Positions 38,509 through 49,235 of a stretch of DNA of 64,000 bases are shown here, piece by piece. Position 1 is the stretch's first letter, and each line of letters opens with the position of its first letter. The translations under genes were made by a program, and so were the position numbers. The DNA is taken from the NCBI GenBank assembly GCA_963751575.1, contig CAVVUX010000003.1:401358-465357 (forward strand). Reading direction: 5' to 3'. The stretch is from an uncultured Chloroflexia bacterium (GTDB lineage: Bacteria; Chloroflexota; Anaerolineae; Anaerolineales; UBA11858). Below the pieces are notes generated by a model. That model was not told where the DNA came from and ran no database searches. It worked only from the letters and a program-made list of their open reading frames with translations.

Positions 38509-40638
38509 TTACTTTCTTTTTCCAACCAGGGTGTCATCATTTGATGTTAGTTCACTGGGACTGTCGGAGGATTTTTTCTTTGCCGGATAATCTACTCTGG
38601 CATGATGGGTACCCTTTAAAGTTGCAGTAAATGAATCGACGATCACTTTAAGGTCTTTCTGAGTGATCTCAGTATTATTAAGTTGACCGGTTTCTACCCT
38701 TCGATCCACCATGTCTTTGATCAATGCCCGTAGATCATCATCAGTTTCCGGGTTCTGGGATCGGACATAAGCTTCGCAACCATCAGCTAGCATCACCAAG
38801 GCAGTTTCTACTGACTGCGGACGCGGGCCGGGGTAGCGGAATTTTGATTTATCAATTTTGCTCTCATCCCCATCGGCCAGTTCAAGTGCTTTCCCATACT
38901 GATATAAGGTCATCAAAGTCCCATGATGTTCAGGTATGAATTCCCTGATCCGGCGGGGAAGGCGATATTTCTTTGCCAATTCCATACCATAAGTAACATG
39001 GTCGATTATGATTGCTGCGCTTTCCTCGGGGACCATATCATCATGCGTATTCACCTGGTCTGAGCCCTGGTTTTCAATAAAGAATTGGGGGTTTTTCATC
39101 TTGCCAATATCATGGTAGAGAGCGCCAACGCGGGCCAGCATGCTGTTTGCCTGGATCCGCTCCGCTGCCTGATCTGCCAGATTTGATACCTGCAAAGTGT
39201 GTTGATAAGTCCCGGGAACCTCCCGGAGCAATCTCTGCAGCAGTGGGTGATCGGGACGTGATAATTCAACAAGCTGCAGTGTAGTGGTCAAGTCCAAGAG
39301 AGGGGCCAGGGCATATTCAAGCAGCACTGTAATGCCTACTGAAGCTACTCCATTAAATATTGATGCTCCAAGCAAAGTCACCAATCCTATCACATCAGTT
39401 GCAGGATCGATAATACGATAAGCCACCAGGATAACTGCTCCCGAGACCGAAATGATACCGGCTACAGATCCATAGGCAGATAATCGCTGGGGGCGTCTGA
39501 GGGACAGCAGGCCCATCATTCCCCCCAGGGCATAATAGATAGTTAGATCAAGAGCATGTGGCATACCATAAGCAGCCAGGATTGCCAGGGGAATTGTTGT
39601 AAACAAGGCAGCCCGTCGATCAATTAATGCTGCCACAAGGAGTGGGTAAGCTGCCATCGGGAATAAGTAAGGAATCACAAGATGTCCCGGTGTTACATAA
39701 CGGGAGATCCCCAAGAAGACCATAAAAAGAATGATAAACAAGGTCAATTTTTTGGTATTTTTCAGTAACCTGGGATATGACAGGAAAAACAAGATTAATA
39801 AAACTGCTGATAAAGTTACAACTGCGAGAGTACCAGCCTGATTCTGCCACCCAGAAAACGTGGTTAATAATCCTACTTCCTGGAGAGCTTCTATATCTTC
39901 TGCCTGGACGATCTCTCCCCGTCGAATGATTGTCTCTCCGGCAATGATTGATCGGGTCACCGCAGGAACCAGTGCTATCGCTTCATTCCTGGCTGCCAGG
40001 GTATCTTCTTCACTGTAGACACTATTCGCGGCTACAAATGCCGAAGCCAACTCAACAACCAACTGCACCTGGTCTTCAGACAATGATAAACTGACCAGCG
40101 ACGGCAGCTGCTGCCTGGCGTCTTCAAGGTCAACTTCACGGATATTGGAACGCATTAATTGTTCCAGGATCACAACGCTTTCTTGGCGAACAATCTGCCA
40201 GCGGATATCACTCAAAGATATAAGCTGGTCAGCCACATCTTGCGATATAAATATCCCATCGATGGCGGCCAGGTCAGTGTATTTTTGATCCAGGGTTGAG
40301 AATTGATCCAATCTAACTGATTCAATGAAATCCAGAGCGTCCTTCAGGTTGTTTAATTGCTGGCGGGCAATTGCAGAATCCGGATATGTGTAGATCGGTT
40401 CGACAGCATCAGCAGCTTCCTGCTGGAGTTGTTCAGTCAGCACCTGGCTCTGATAGGTTACAGCATAGGGAGACATCACATCCTGGGACGCTACGTTTCC
40501 TTCCAAAACCAGAACTGTAGAAAGGGCTCCAGTCAGGGACCAGTTGATTATCCACCAGATCCCGGCCATGCAAACCACAAGGATCACCAACAACAGGATT
40601 ATCCTTGTCAGAGGGGGAGAAATTGTCTTGTTATCCAT
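38509..40638 (-). CDS. pgpH: 7TM-HD membrane phosphohydrolase (PgpH-like)
   Basis: 709 aa: N-terminal extracellular region, 7 TM helices, C-terminal HD domain (HTLQVSNLA...LYHDIGK...EHHG). Confidence 0.88.
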   Translation of the reverse strand: MDNKTISPPLTRIILLLVILVVCMAGIWWIINWSLTGALSTVLVLEGNVASQDVMSPYAVTYQSQVLTEQLQQEAADAVEPIYTYPDSAIARQQLNNLKDALDFIESVRLDQFSTLDQKYTDLAAIDGIFISQDVADQLISLSDIRWQIVRQESVVILEQLMRSNIREVDLEDARQQLPSLVSLSLSEDQVQLVVELASAFVAANSVYSEEDTLAARNEAIALVPAVTRSIIAGETIIRRGEIVQAEDIEALQEVGLLTTFSGWQNQAGTLAVVTLSAVLLILFFLSYPRLLKNTKKLTLFIILFMVFLGISRYVTPGHLVIPYLFPMAAYPLLVAALIDRRAALFTTIPLAILAAYGMPHALDLTIYYALGGMMGLLSLRRPQRLSAYGSVAGIISVSGAVILVAYRIIDPATDVIGLVTLLGASIFNGVASVGITVLLEYALAPLLDLTTTLQLVELSRPDHPLLQRLLREVPGTYQHTLQVSNLADQAAERIQANSMLARVGALYHDIGKMKNPQFFIENQGSDQVNTHDDMVPEESAAIIIDHVTYGMELAKKYRLPRRIREFIPEHHGTLMTLYQYGKALELADGDESKIDKSKFRYPGPRPQSVETALVMLADGCEAYVRSQNPETDDDLRALIKDMVDRRVETGQLNNTEITQKDLKVIVDSFTATLKGTHHARVDYPAKKKSSDSPSELTSNDDTLVGKRK

Positions 40639-40731
40639 ATTTAATCCATGATCCGTCAGGTTTTGCTACCTGCAGGAGAGTATTGATCCGTCATCGGCAA
40701 TTGGATTTGTCCTGGCAGTTTGATTCCAAAC

Positions 40732-41181
40732 TTATCCTGACCCTAATAATTCCCGGACAATCTGGTTGGCCTGTTTTCCATCCGCTTTTCCGCGAATTTT
40801 TGGCATTAACACACCCATGATCTTTCCTATTTCATTCATCGTGCTCGCCCCTGATTCAGCTATTGCTTCCTGGACTAATACACGAAGCTCATCATCACTT
40901 AGCTGCTGGGGGAGAAATTCTGTCAGAATAGTGATTTCTTCTTCAGCTTTAGCAATCAAATCTGGTCTATTTGCCTGCTGGGCACCTTCAATAGTTTCCT
41001 GCCGGGCTTTAACCTCTTTTTGCAGCAGATTCAATACCAGATCATCCTCAATTTCAGCCCTCGCCTCGACTTCAGCATTCTTAATCGATGCCAATGCCAT
41101 CCGCACCGTAGTCTTGCGCTGGGTATCACCAGCCTTCAAAGCGGCTGTTAGTGATTCGCGTAATTTTTCTTTTATGCTCAT
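40732..41181 (-). CDS. GatB/YqeY-domain protein
   Basis: 149 aa. MSIKEKL...ALKAGD...RM..ASIKN.EV pattern typical of YqeY. Confidence 0.85.
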   Translation of the reverse strand: MSIKEKLRESLTAALKAGDTQRKTTVRMALASIKNAEVEARAEIEDDLVLNLLQKEVKARQETIEGAQQANRPDLIAKAEEEITILTEFLPQQLSDDELRVLVQEAIAESGASTMNEIGKIMGVLMPKIRGKADGKQANQIVRELLGSG

Positions 41182-41207
41182 AATATTATTATACCCTTTT
41201 CAGCCCC

Positions 41208-41552
41208 TTAGCCCATGGGATGCTTCATGGCACCCCCGCCTAACAAGTGCATGTGAATATGAAAGACTTCCTGGTGAGCATCTGGTCCAGTGTTCACGAT
41301 CAGGCGGTAACCTGACCGATCAATACCGATCATTTCAGCGGAGTGCTTAGCGCCGGAAAACAATTTACCCAGAACCAATTCATCAGCTGCTGACATATCC
41401 CTCACGGATGCTATATGTCGATTTGGAATAATCAGCAAATGGACAGGTGCGGCTGGATTAATGTCCTTAAACACCATGATATCGTCATCCTGGTATACTG
41501 TCTCGCTTGCGATCTCTTTGCGAACTATTTTACAAAACAAACAATTTTCCAT
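41208..41552 (-). CDS. HIT-family (histidine triad) protein
   Basis: 114 aa. CLFCKI... and the HIHMHLLGG triad. Confidence 0.9.
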   Translation of the reverse strand: MENCLFCKIVRKEIASETVYQDDDIMVFKDINPAAPVHLLIIPNRHIASVRDMSAADELVLGKLFSGAKHSAEMIGIDRSGYRLIVNTGPDAHQEVFHIHMHLLGGGAMKHPMG

Positions 41553-41597
41553 CTTTCCTCCTCACAGGATTATTACTCAGGCAAGGTCAGATTTTCA

Positions 41598-42872
41598 CTA
41601 GATGATCACTCCTCGCACACTCCCGGGTGCTATGCCAGTGACCCTGACCCTGGAAAATGTATTCCAGATATTCTGATTGGTTGATAAATCCACCCTGAGA
41701 TAGTTACCTGATAATCCTGATGCCTGCCAGGAGCTTTTTGCGTTGGCGTCAACCCGCTCCCAAAGAACTGTCAGTACCTCTCCTATCTGCGAGGTTCGGT
41801 ATGCTTCTCCGCTCTCAGCCAGGACCTCGCGGATCTGGGCGCTCCTTTCCTTTCTCAGGGCATTATGGACCTGATCAGGATAATCATGGGCAGGTGTTCC
41901 CTCTCTGGCTGAATAGGTGAATACGTGACCATCAGCAAAATCCATCTCCCTGATAAAATTCAGACTTTCCTGGAATTCTTGATCTGTCTCTCCAGGAAAA
42001 CCACACATAATATCAGTAGTGATAGCAAGGCCAGGAACATATTTCCGAATTTGATCGATGAGCTTCGCGTAACCGGTGGGTGTTGTGGCCCTGGACATTC
42101 TTCGCATCACCCGGGCTGAGCCAGATTGAAGGGGTATGTGCAGGTGGTTCGCTACCCGTTCATCCTCAAGCATTCTGATCAAACCAGGGTCAATATCCCA
42201 GGGTTCCAGGGAGGAGAGGCGCAGCCTTGGTAGATCAGTTTCTTCCAGAATTCGCCTGACCAGGTTGCTCAAAGAGTTGGCAGGGTCGAGGTCCTTGCCC
42301 CAGGATCCCAGCTGGACTCCTGTTAAAACCGCATCTTTAACATCCCCGGAAAATGCTGCCGTGATCTCCCGGATGACTTTTTCAGGCATTTCGCTCCGGG
42401 ATTCTCCTCTCGCTATTGTTGTAATGCAAAATGTACAATGATGACTGCATCCATCCTGGACTTTGATAAACGCCCGTGTCCGCAACCTGGAGCCTGGCAC
42501 AGAAACCCTTTCAATAGGTTCTTTATCAATATCTTCGAGGTCAATGGATAAGATTTTAGCTACAAGATTGTCTTTCTCTAGATTGGATACGACATCAGTT
42601 ACACCTGATAAATCCAATGCTTGATCGGGATACATGTTGGACCAGCAGCCAGTAGAAATTATTCTATTTACTCCGGAGCGGGCTATGCGCCGAATGGTTT
42701 TTCTTGAATCGGCTGCAGCCGCACCAGTGACTGTGCAGGTATTTACCACTGCCAGGTCAGCTTCAGCAGGATCTGCCACCAGGGAATGTCCTGCCGCGGT
42801 GAACTGGCGAGCCATTATCTCAATTTCACTCTGGTTTAATCGACAGCCGATCATATCAAGGTATATATTCAT
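41598..42872 (-). CDS. mtaB: Radical-SAM methylthiotransferase, MtaB-like
   Basis: 424 aa: UPF0004 N-domain (GCRLNQSE), CSHHCTFC radical-SAM cluster, TRAM-like C-terminus. Confidence 0.8.
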   Translation of the reverse strand: MNIYLDMIGCRLNQSEIEIMARQFTAAGHSLVADPAEADLAVVNTCTVTGAAAADSRKTIRRIARSGVNRIISTGCWSNMYPDQALDLSGVTDVVSNLEKDNLVAKILSIDLEDIDKEPIERVSVPGSRLRTRAFIKVQDGCSHHCTFCITTIARGESRSEMPEKVIREITAAFSGDVKDAVLTGVQLGSWGKDLDPANSLSNLVRRILEETDLPRLRLSSLEPWDIDPGLIRMLEDERVANHLHIPLQSGSARVMRRMSRATTPTGYAKLIDQIRKYVPGLAITTDIMCGFPGETDQEFQESLNFIREMDFADGHVFTYSAREGTPAHDYPDQVHNALRKERSAQIREVLAESGEAYRTSQIGEVLTVLWERVDANAKSSWQASGLSGNYLRVDLSTNQNIWNTFSRVRVTGIAPGSVRGVII

Positions 42873-42907
42873 TTTTCTATGGAAGCGATTTTTATTTCCA
42901 GGACTGA

Positions 42908-43573
42908 TCAGGGGACACGGACAGACAGATTATCAAACCAGATATCAACTCCAGCCTCATCAAAAGAACCAACTATCAAACCGATATCGCCAGAAGAGAA
43001 AGCAGCATCATTAGCCGTTGCCAGCAGATCGCCATTGACTGAGAGACTGATTTCAGTCCCTGTGCAAGTGGCTTGAATATGGTTAGGACCATCCCCTGGG
43101 TTGATAGATCTGGAATGATACATCTGAGGAGGATCAAGCAAATGCTGCTCACCATTCTCGACCTTCCCAATACCGTAATATCCATCACTGCTTATAATCA
43201 GGAAATAGAAATTTTCAATATCCTGGTAGCGGCAAAGCACACCGTAATCATTGTCATCAGGACCACTGATCTTGCCTGCATCAATATCGATCACAACATC
43301 ACCGAATACCAGTCCCGGATTAGCCCAATAGTCTGCGTTGGTTGCATTTATCAGGATCCGATATCGATCAGCCTCATAATCTGTCATTCCTTCTGCTGTT
43401 CGAACTTGGTCCCAACCACTAGATGTGTCTGAAAATCCGTCTTGAAACAACAAATCTCCCTGGCCAGTAGGATACTCTCCAAAGACTTTTGAAACCTGGG
43501 AAAGGCTGCAAGCCATAGATAACAAGACCAGTCCAGCACAAATTGTCAGTAGCAAGTTTTGTTTATTCTTCAT
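42908..43573 (-). CDS. Hypothetical secreted/lipoprotein (jelly-roll-like)
   Basis: 221 aa with a signal peptide and LSMAC lipobox. No confident family. Confidence 0.6.
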   Translation of the reverse strand: MKNKQNLLLTICAGLVLLSMACSLSQVSKVFGEYPTGQGDLLFQDGFSDTSSGWDQVRTAEGMTDYEADRYRILINATNADYWANPGLVFGDVVIDIDAGKISGPDDNDYGVLCRYQDIENFYFLIISSDGYYGIGKVENGEQHLLDPPQMYHSRSINPGDGPNHIQATCTGTEISLSVNGDLLATANDAAFSSGDIGLIVGSFDEAGVDIWFDNLSVRVP

Positions 43574-43628
43574 AGGTACTCCACTCGAAAAAGCCCAGGG
43601 GTTCCAGGGCTGCCAGGTATTTACAAAC

Positions 43629-45026
43629 CTAATATTTTCTTAGTAATCTTTCGGCCTGATCACGGATCGCAGGATTTGTCGCGTAAATCAAGACCTGCTC
43701 CAGATAATAAACAGCTAACTCTGCTTCATCTCTAGCAGAGTATAGTATACCAAGATGATAATATGCCGGAGCAAATTCAGGGTCAATTTCTATCGCCCGC
43801 GAAAAGAACTGGATTGCGTTCAATTGATCATCAAGATTTAAAAGAACCTGACCCATGCTGTCAAGATTGGCAGGATCCTGATTATTGAGCTGAACAGCAA
43901 GCCTGGCAGCGGGCAAACCTACTTCCCGAATCTGGAAAGAATGTAAAACACAGAATTCGGCAACCAAGCGGTAGTACGTGTCATCCAGCGGAGCAATTAG
44001 AATCGCTTGCTGGTATTTTTGAAGAGCAGGTTCAAGTTCTCCCAGAGCACCCAACGATCGTCCTTGCTCGATATATAGATCTGGTTTATCTGGCCAGGAT
44101 TCCTGAGCAATTTGAAAGTACTCCAGGGCTTGTTCATGGGAACCAAGCCTCTGCCAATAGATGCCAATGAATAGATTTGCCAGTGGCGCCAGCTCATCCA
44201 AAGCCAATCCTTTCTCAAGGATTTCCCGGGCATCATCGGCAGGGTTAGGAATATGCTGTAAGGCTTCTCCCCAATAAATATAGGCTTCCATATAATCAGG
44301 TCTTAATATTGCAGCTTGTTCAAACGAATAGACTGCCAGCTTCCAAAGCTCCCTGGCTGCCAACGCTTGCCCGGCTATAACGTGTTGGTAAGCTTTTTCC
44401 TCTGAAAGGGAGCTTCTGATCAAGTCCGCCAGTTCTCCTGCATCCGGGTAATTTTCGCTGGATTGATCAAGATAGATTACTGCTTCAGAGGGAGATACGG
44501 CTGCCATCAGGGTGCCAAATTTATAGATGATTTCCGGTTGATTTCCAACATCAAACGCTTCCAGGTAACTCTGCCAGAATGCGGCAGCTGACTTGATATC
44601 ACCCAGTTCTTCAGATAGGGATGCTAATCGTATCAAGGCGTCAGCATTCAATTCAAGCTCTTGCCAGACTGCCTGAGCCCGATCGTTCTGGCCTGAATAA
44701 TAATAGGCTTCACCCAATTGAATTCTTCCGTTCTGAGACAGGGAGTTATTCTCTAACGCTAACTCATAGGCGTTGATTGCTTTAGGGTAATCTGCCGCAT
44801 TAAAAGCTGCATCTGCTGCCTGTTCCCAGATAGATTTCCACCAGGAAACTTCATCAGCCAGATCAAACAATATTTCACTCTGAAGTGCGTAGTTTTCAAC
44901 TTCAAATGCTGATTGCGCGTTCTGTATTTTTTGGGTTACACTATTAGCAGACGGGCCAAAACTGAGGGCAGAACCCACCAAAAATAAAATGACCAGCCTG
45001 AGAGTTATTTTCTGTCCATCATTCAT
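43629..45026 (-). CDS. TPR-repeat protein with N-terminal signal/anchor
   Basis: 465 aa with repeated A..Y..A/W..LG-type 34-residue units throughout. Confidence 0.75.
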   Translation of the reverse strand: MNDGQKITLRLVILFLVGSALSFGPSANSVTQKIQNAQSAFEVENYALQSEILFDLADEVSWWKSIWEQAADAAFNAADYPKAINAYELALENNSLSQNGRIQLGEAYYYSGQNDRAQAVWQELELNADALIRLASLSEELGDIKSAAAFWQSYLEAFDVGNQPEIIYKFGTLMAAVSPSEAVIYLDQSSENYPDAGELADLIRSSLSEEKAYQHVIAGQALAARELWKLAVYSFEQAAILRPDYMEAYIYWGEALQHIPNPADDAREILEKGLALDELAPLANLFIGIYWQRLGSHEQALEYFQIAQESWPDKPDLYIEQGRSLGALGELEPALQKYQQAILIAPLDDTYYRLVAEFCVLHSFQIREVGLPAARLAVQLNNQDPANLDSMGQVLLNLDDQLNAIQFFSRAIEIDPEFAPAYYHLGILYSARDEAELAVYYLEQVLIYATNPAIRDQAERLLRKY

Positions 45027-45099
45027 AACTGAGATTATATTGTATTATTACCTGAAATGATACCAGCCCGGCCCAGAGAGGAAAATCAAAGGAGTTACC

Positions 45100-46305
45100 T
45101 TGGATTTTGGATTAACTGAAGAGCATCAAATGGCCCGGCGGATGGTCATGGATTTTGCTGCCAAAGAAGTCCAGCCGACCATTCAACAGCAGGATCGCGA
45201 TGGAGGAATGGCCCCTTTTATCCTGCCCCGCCTGGCTGAATTGGGGATCTTGGGTTTGTCGATTCCAGTTAAATACGGCGGTCAGGGAATGGATTATATA
45301 ACCCTGGGATTGGCCTGTGAAGAACTGGAAGCAGTTGATACATCCCTCAGGGTAATCCTATCAGTTCATAATGGTTTGACTTGTTTAACTTTGCTGCAAT
45401 GGGGGACGGAAGAACAAAAAGAAAATTTCTTAATTCCTCTCTCAAAAGGGGAAAAAATAGGCTGTGGCGCTTTTACCGAACCTGATGCCGGGACAGATTT
45501 TGCCAATATACGGTCAACAGCCAAAAAGGATGGCAAAAACTACATCCTTAACGGTGAAAAAATGTGGATCTCCCTGGCCACATCCGCGGATATTGCGGTG
45601 GTAACTGTCCGAACAAACCCGTCTACCCCTCAAGCCTATCAAGGTTTATCAACTTTTTTGGTGGACCTCAGATCCCCCGGCATAACCAGGGATGACATCC
45701 ACGGCAAGCTGGGAGTCCGAGCTGGATCCACGGGCTGGATCAACTTTCAGGATGTTATCGTCCCGGCAGCCAACATGCTGGGAGAGGAAGGTGAAGGATT
45801 TAAGGTCACCATGTCTGCTTTCGACAGCGGTCGCTACACTGTAGCTGCTGGCGCGACAGGTCTGATCCGGGCTTCCCTTGAGGCGAGCAAAGCCTATGCA
45901 GAAGAACGGAATGCTTTCGGGAAAAAAATTAGCGAGCTGCAGCTGATCCAGGCAAAAATTGCCAGAATGGCCTTGGATTATCAGGCAGCCCGGCTGTTGT
46001 ATCTAAAAGCTGGCTGGATGAAGAACCAGGGGATCAGAAATACCAGGGAAACATCCGCTGCAAAGTGGTTCGCAACAGATGCTTCCTTTAATGCCGCAGC
46101 AGAAGCGGTTCAAATCCACGGGGCTTATGGATTCAGTGATGAATATCCCGTTGAACGGTATTTACGTAATGCCAAAGGCGCGATGATATATGAGGGCAGT
46201 AATGAAATTCAATCTTTGATTCAGGCTGATTACGCCCTAAATAAACGACATGACAAAAGAATCCGGAAAGAACTTCCTGCTTATAATCTTGAGCAGTGGT
46301 CCTGA
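45100..46305 (+). CDS. Acyl-CoA dehydrogenase
   Basis: 401 aa. MDFGLTEEHQM start, CGAFTEPDAGTD, catalytic-end YEGSNEIQ. Confidence 0.9.
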   Translation: MDFGLTEEHQMARRMVMDFAAKEVQPTIQQQDRDGGMAPFILPRLAELGILGLSIPVKYGGQGMDYITLGLACEELEAVDTSLRVILSVHNGLTCLTLLQWGTEEQKENFLIPLSKGEKIGCGAFTEPDAGTDFANIRSTAKKDGKNYILNGEKMWISLATSADIAVVTVRTNPSTPQAYQGLSTFLVDLRSPGITRDDIHGKLGVRAGSTGWINFQDVIVPAANMLGEEGEGFKVTMSAFDSGRYTVAAGATGLIRASLEASKAYAEERNAFGKKISELQLIQAKIARMALDYQAARLLYLKAGWMKNQGIRNTRETSAAKWFATDASFNAAAEAVQIHGAYGFSDEYPVERYLRNAKGAMIYEGSNEIQSLIQADYALNKRHDKRIRKELPAYNLEQWS

Positions 46306-46361
46306 CTTCGGATCGCGGTCCTAGTTAGAAATTGTTTTCCATTTAGAAGGAGGGTAGAGGT

Positions 46362-47142
46362 GTGAAAATTATTGTCTGCGTCAAGCAGGTCCCTGACACG
46401 GCAGCCACTATGTCAGCTGCTGGAGGAGTCATCAGCTGGGGCGATGCGCCGCTGATCATAAATCCCTGGGATGAATTTGCAGTCGAAGCCGCCCTTAACC
46501 TGGCTGCTGACCATGGTGGAGAAGTTATCGCTCTCTGTCTTGGAAAGGAAGGAGAGACTGAAGCTATTAAACATGCCCTGGCAATGGGGGCAGATTCTGC
46601 TGTGATGGTTTCAGATCCAGCTTTGAAGGGATTAGATAATGCAGCAGCCTCAAAAGTCCTGGTTGCGGCGATATCCAAAATTGGTGAAGCGGATCTGGTG
46701 TTGTTTGGACAGCAATCAGTTGATACCGATACCGGATTGCTTCCAATTCAAACCGCCCGGCTGCTAAATTGGCCATCATTGACCCTGGTTTCAAAATTTG
46801 TGATGATCTCACCTGACGAGAAGAAACTTCAAGTTTTACGCTCCATGGAAGAGGCCAGCCAAATTGTTGAGGGCAGTCTGCCGGCAGTGGTCAGTGTGAC
46901 CAAAGATTACGGTGAACCGCGCTATCCCTCGTTTATGGGGATCCGAAAAGCTTCCAAAGCCGAATATCCTGTCTGGAACCTGGCTGATCTGGGAATCGAA
47001 GTTCCGGCATCTTCCGTATGCCTGGCCTGAAGTATTTGAGCCGGTCAAGAAAGAAATAACAACTGAAATCATCGAGGGTGATACAGCGGATGAAAAAGCC
47101 AAAACCCTGGTGGAAAAACTCATTGCCGAGAAGGTGCTCTAA
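46362..47142 (+). pseudogene. etfB: Electron transfer flavoprotein beta subunit, frameshifted near 47015
   Basis: MKIIVCVKQVPDT... runs to ...LADLGIEVPASS in frame 0. The conserved tail ...WPEVFEPVKKEITTEIIEGDTADEKAKTLVEKLIAEKVL* is in frame +1 (TAA at 47140-47142). Confidence 0.85.
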
Positions 47143-48184
47143 TGACAAAAAAAATACTTGCCTACATAGATCATTTTCACGGAAAAGCTCAACCATCCTC
47201 CTGGGAAGGATTGGGACTTGCTGCCAAGATAGCTGCTGATAAAGGCGGTGAAGCTGCAGCCTTGATACTGGGAGAAGGCGTTCAGGAACTGGAATCCCTG
47301 CATTTCAGTATGGAGCAGATCAGGTTTTTTCGGCAGACAACCCGTCCTGAATGATTTCCGCCCTGAAATTCTGGCAGATATTGTCAAATCCGCCGCTGAT
47401 CAATATCAGCCGGATCTGATCATCTTTCCCACTACATCGCGCGGCAGGATCCTGGCCGGTATGGCGGCAGTCGACCTGGATACCGGCGTGATGGTGGATG
47501 TCATGGATCTGGATTGGGCAGAGTGAAACCATCACGGCCACCCGTCCTATCTATGCCGGAAAACTTTTGGCTAAACTCCAATGCAGCTCAACGCCCCAGA
47601 TCATTACCTTGCGGACACGGGCATTTGATAAACCAGAACCGGATACATCAAAATCTGGCACGGCCACTCAGATTGATGTCAGCATCAATCCTGGATCAGA
47701 AATGACTTCCGTGCTTGAAAATCAGGAAAAATCATCTGGGGTGAGCTTAAATGATGCCAGTGTGATTGTTTCTGGTGGACGGGGAGTTGCATTGAATCCA
47801 AATCTGGAAACTCCCGGTGATCTGGATCAGGAAGCAGCAGAGATCTGGAAAGCCAAACAAGGATTTGAATTGATCCAGGAATTAGCTGATGTGCTGGGTG
47901 CCGCAGTTGGTGCCAGCCGGGCTGCTGTCGATGCAGGATACATCGAATATGACCACCAGGTCGGCCAAACTGGAAAAGTTGTTTCACCAGATCTTTATAT
48001 CGCCTGCGGCGTGTCAGGTGCCATCCAGCACCTGGCAGGCATGCGCAGCAGTAAAGTGATCGTGGCCATCAATAAGGACAGTGATGCGCCAATCTTCAAT
48101 TTCGCCAGGTTTGGGCTTGTGGGAGACATGCATGAAATCTTGCCTCCCCTGACCGCTGAATTAAAGTCATATCTGGCTGGCTGA
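47142..48184 (+). pseudogene. etfA: Electron transfer flavoprotein alpha subunit, three frameshifts (about 47305, 47344, 47523)
   Basis: The frames must be joined as ...LESLHF | QYGADQVFSADNP | VLNDFRPEILADIVKSAADQYQPDLIIFPTTSRGRILAGMAAVDLDTGVMVDVMDLDWAE | ETITATRPIYAGKLL.... The C-terminal FAD domain (GASRAAVDAGY...QVGQTGK...YIACGVSGAIQH) is intact. Confidence 0.85.
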
Positions 48185-48202
48185 TACTTTTTATTAAATA
48201 CA

Positions 48203-48235
48203 AGGGACCGGATCCCTTAAAGGGATCCGGTCCCT
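48203..48235. repeat. Palindromic REP-like element, form B
   Basis: aGGGACCGGATCCC-ttaaa-GGGATCCGGTCCCt, between convergent stops at 48184 and 48258. Confidence 0.9.
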
Positions 48236-48257
48236 GTTCGTTAAAATAAAGCTAATT

Positions 48258-49235
48258 CTAGTGGTTATTTCTTGAGGGCATCATCAAAACGCAGCGATTT
48301 GTGCTTCCGACAACACGTTCAGAATCAGCGCCCATGATCATCCTGGATAAAGTACCTCTGCCATTGCAGGTCAGCAAAATCAATCCGTAATCACCCTCTT
48401 CAGCAGTTTCGACGATCGTTGTCGCCGGGCGGGATCCTTTCACCAGGATATTCGTTTTCACCCCATCATTTTCCAAAGAACGGGCCACAGCTTCCAGGAA
48501 GTCTCTCATCTTGGCCACTGCTTCGACACGCAGGTTTTCGACAACATCAGCGGGTGCACGGTAATTTTCCGTTTCCGGAATTTGGGGAACTGAAAGCAAT
48601 GTCAATTCACTGCCGTACACCTGGGCAAAAGCTCGGGCATAGGGCAGGATTTTCTCTGAAGTGATCGACCCGTCCAGTGCAACCAGCATTCGCAGGGGCT
48701 TTTTTCCCAGATCCTTCGGCTGATCACCCTGGACCAGGTAAACCGGAATGTCCAGGTGCATCATCAATTTGGATGAGACTCCTCCACTCATCCAGTGTTT
48801 TTCTCCAGATTTTCCTCGCGTAGTGGTTACAACCAGGTCGATTCCAGCAGATTTCACAAAAGTTTGAGTAACTTCTGCGATCGATCCCCGTCTGACAGCC
48901 TTGTCAACTTTGAAACCTTCTGCACTTAGTTGTTCAATCAAACTATCAAGGTAAATCTCCCGGGCAGCCAGATCAGCGTTAAATTGTTCCTGGGGACCGT
49001 GAGAATAGGATTTTACCCCGGATAAAAGTGTTATTGATGCGCCATGAGCCTGGCAGATCCTTTTAGCAGCTGGTAGAGCTTGAGCAGCATAAACAGATCC
49101 ATCCAGAAGTACAGCGATCTTTTTGATTGTTTTATGATCCTTGCGCCAATTACTCTGTTCAATTGGTTCCGGATCCCAGGTGATATCTGCCGTGGTTGAT
49201 AGATTTCCTCCCGCGGTTACTGCCGCTGGAGCCAT
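48258..49235 (-). CDS. Universal stress protein, tandem UspA domains
   Basis: Start set at the ATG at 49235 (MAPAAV...), overlapping the upstream permease by 19 nt. There are two Usp repeats, each ending in a G..GR/G..S-type ATP-binding motif (TTRGKSGEKHWMSGGVS; TCNGRGTLSRMIMGADS). Confidence 0.8.
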   Translation of the reverse strand: MAPAAVTAGGNLSTTADITWDPEPIEQSNWRKDHKTIKKIAVLLDGSVYAAQALPAAKRICQAHGASITLLSGVKSYSHGPQEQFNADLAAREIYLDSLIEQLSAEGFKVDKAVRRGSIAEVTQTFVKSAGIDLVVTTTRGKSGEKHWMSGGVSSKLMMHLDIPVYLVQGDQPKDLGKKPLRMLVALDGSITSEKILPYARAFAQVYGSELTLLSVPQIPETENYRAPADVVENLRVEAVAKMRDFLEAVARSLENDGVKTNILVKGSRPATTIVETAEEGDYGLILLTCNGRGTLSRMIMGADSERVVGSTNRCVLMMPSRNNH

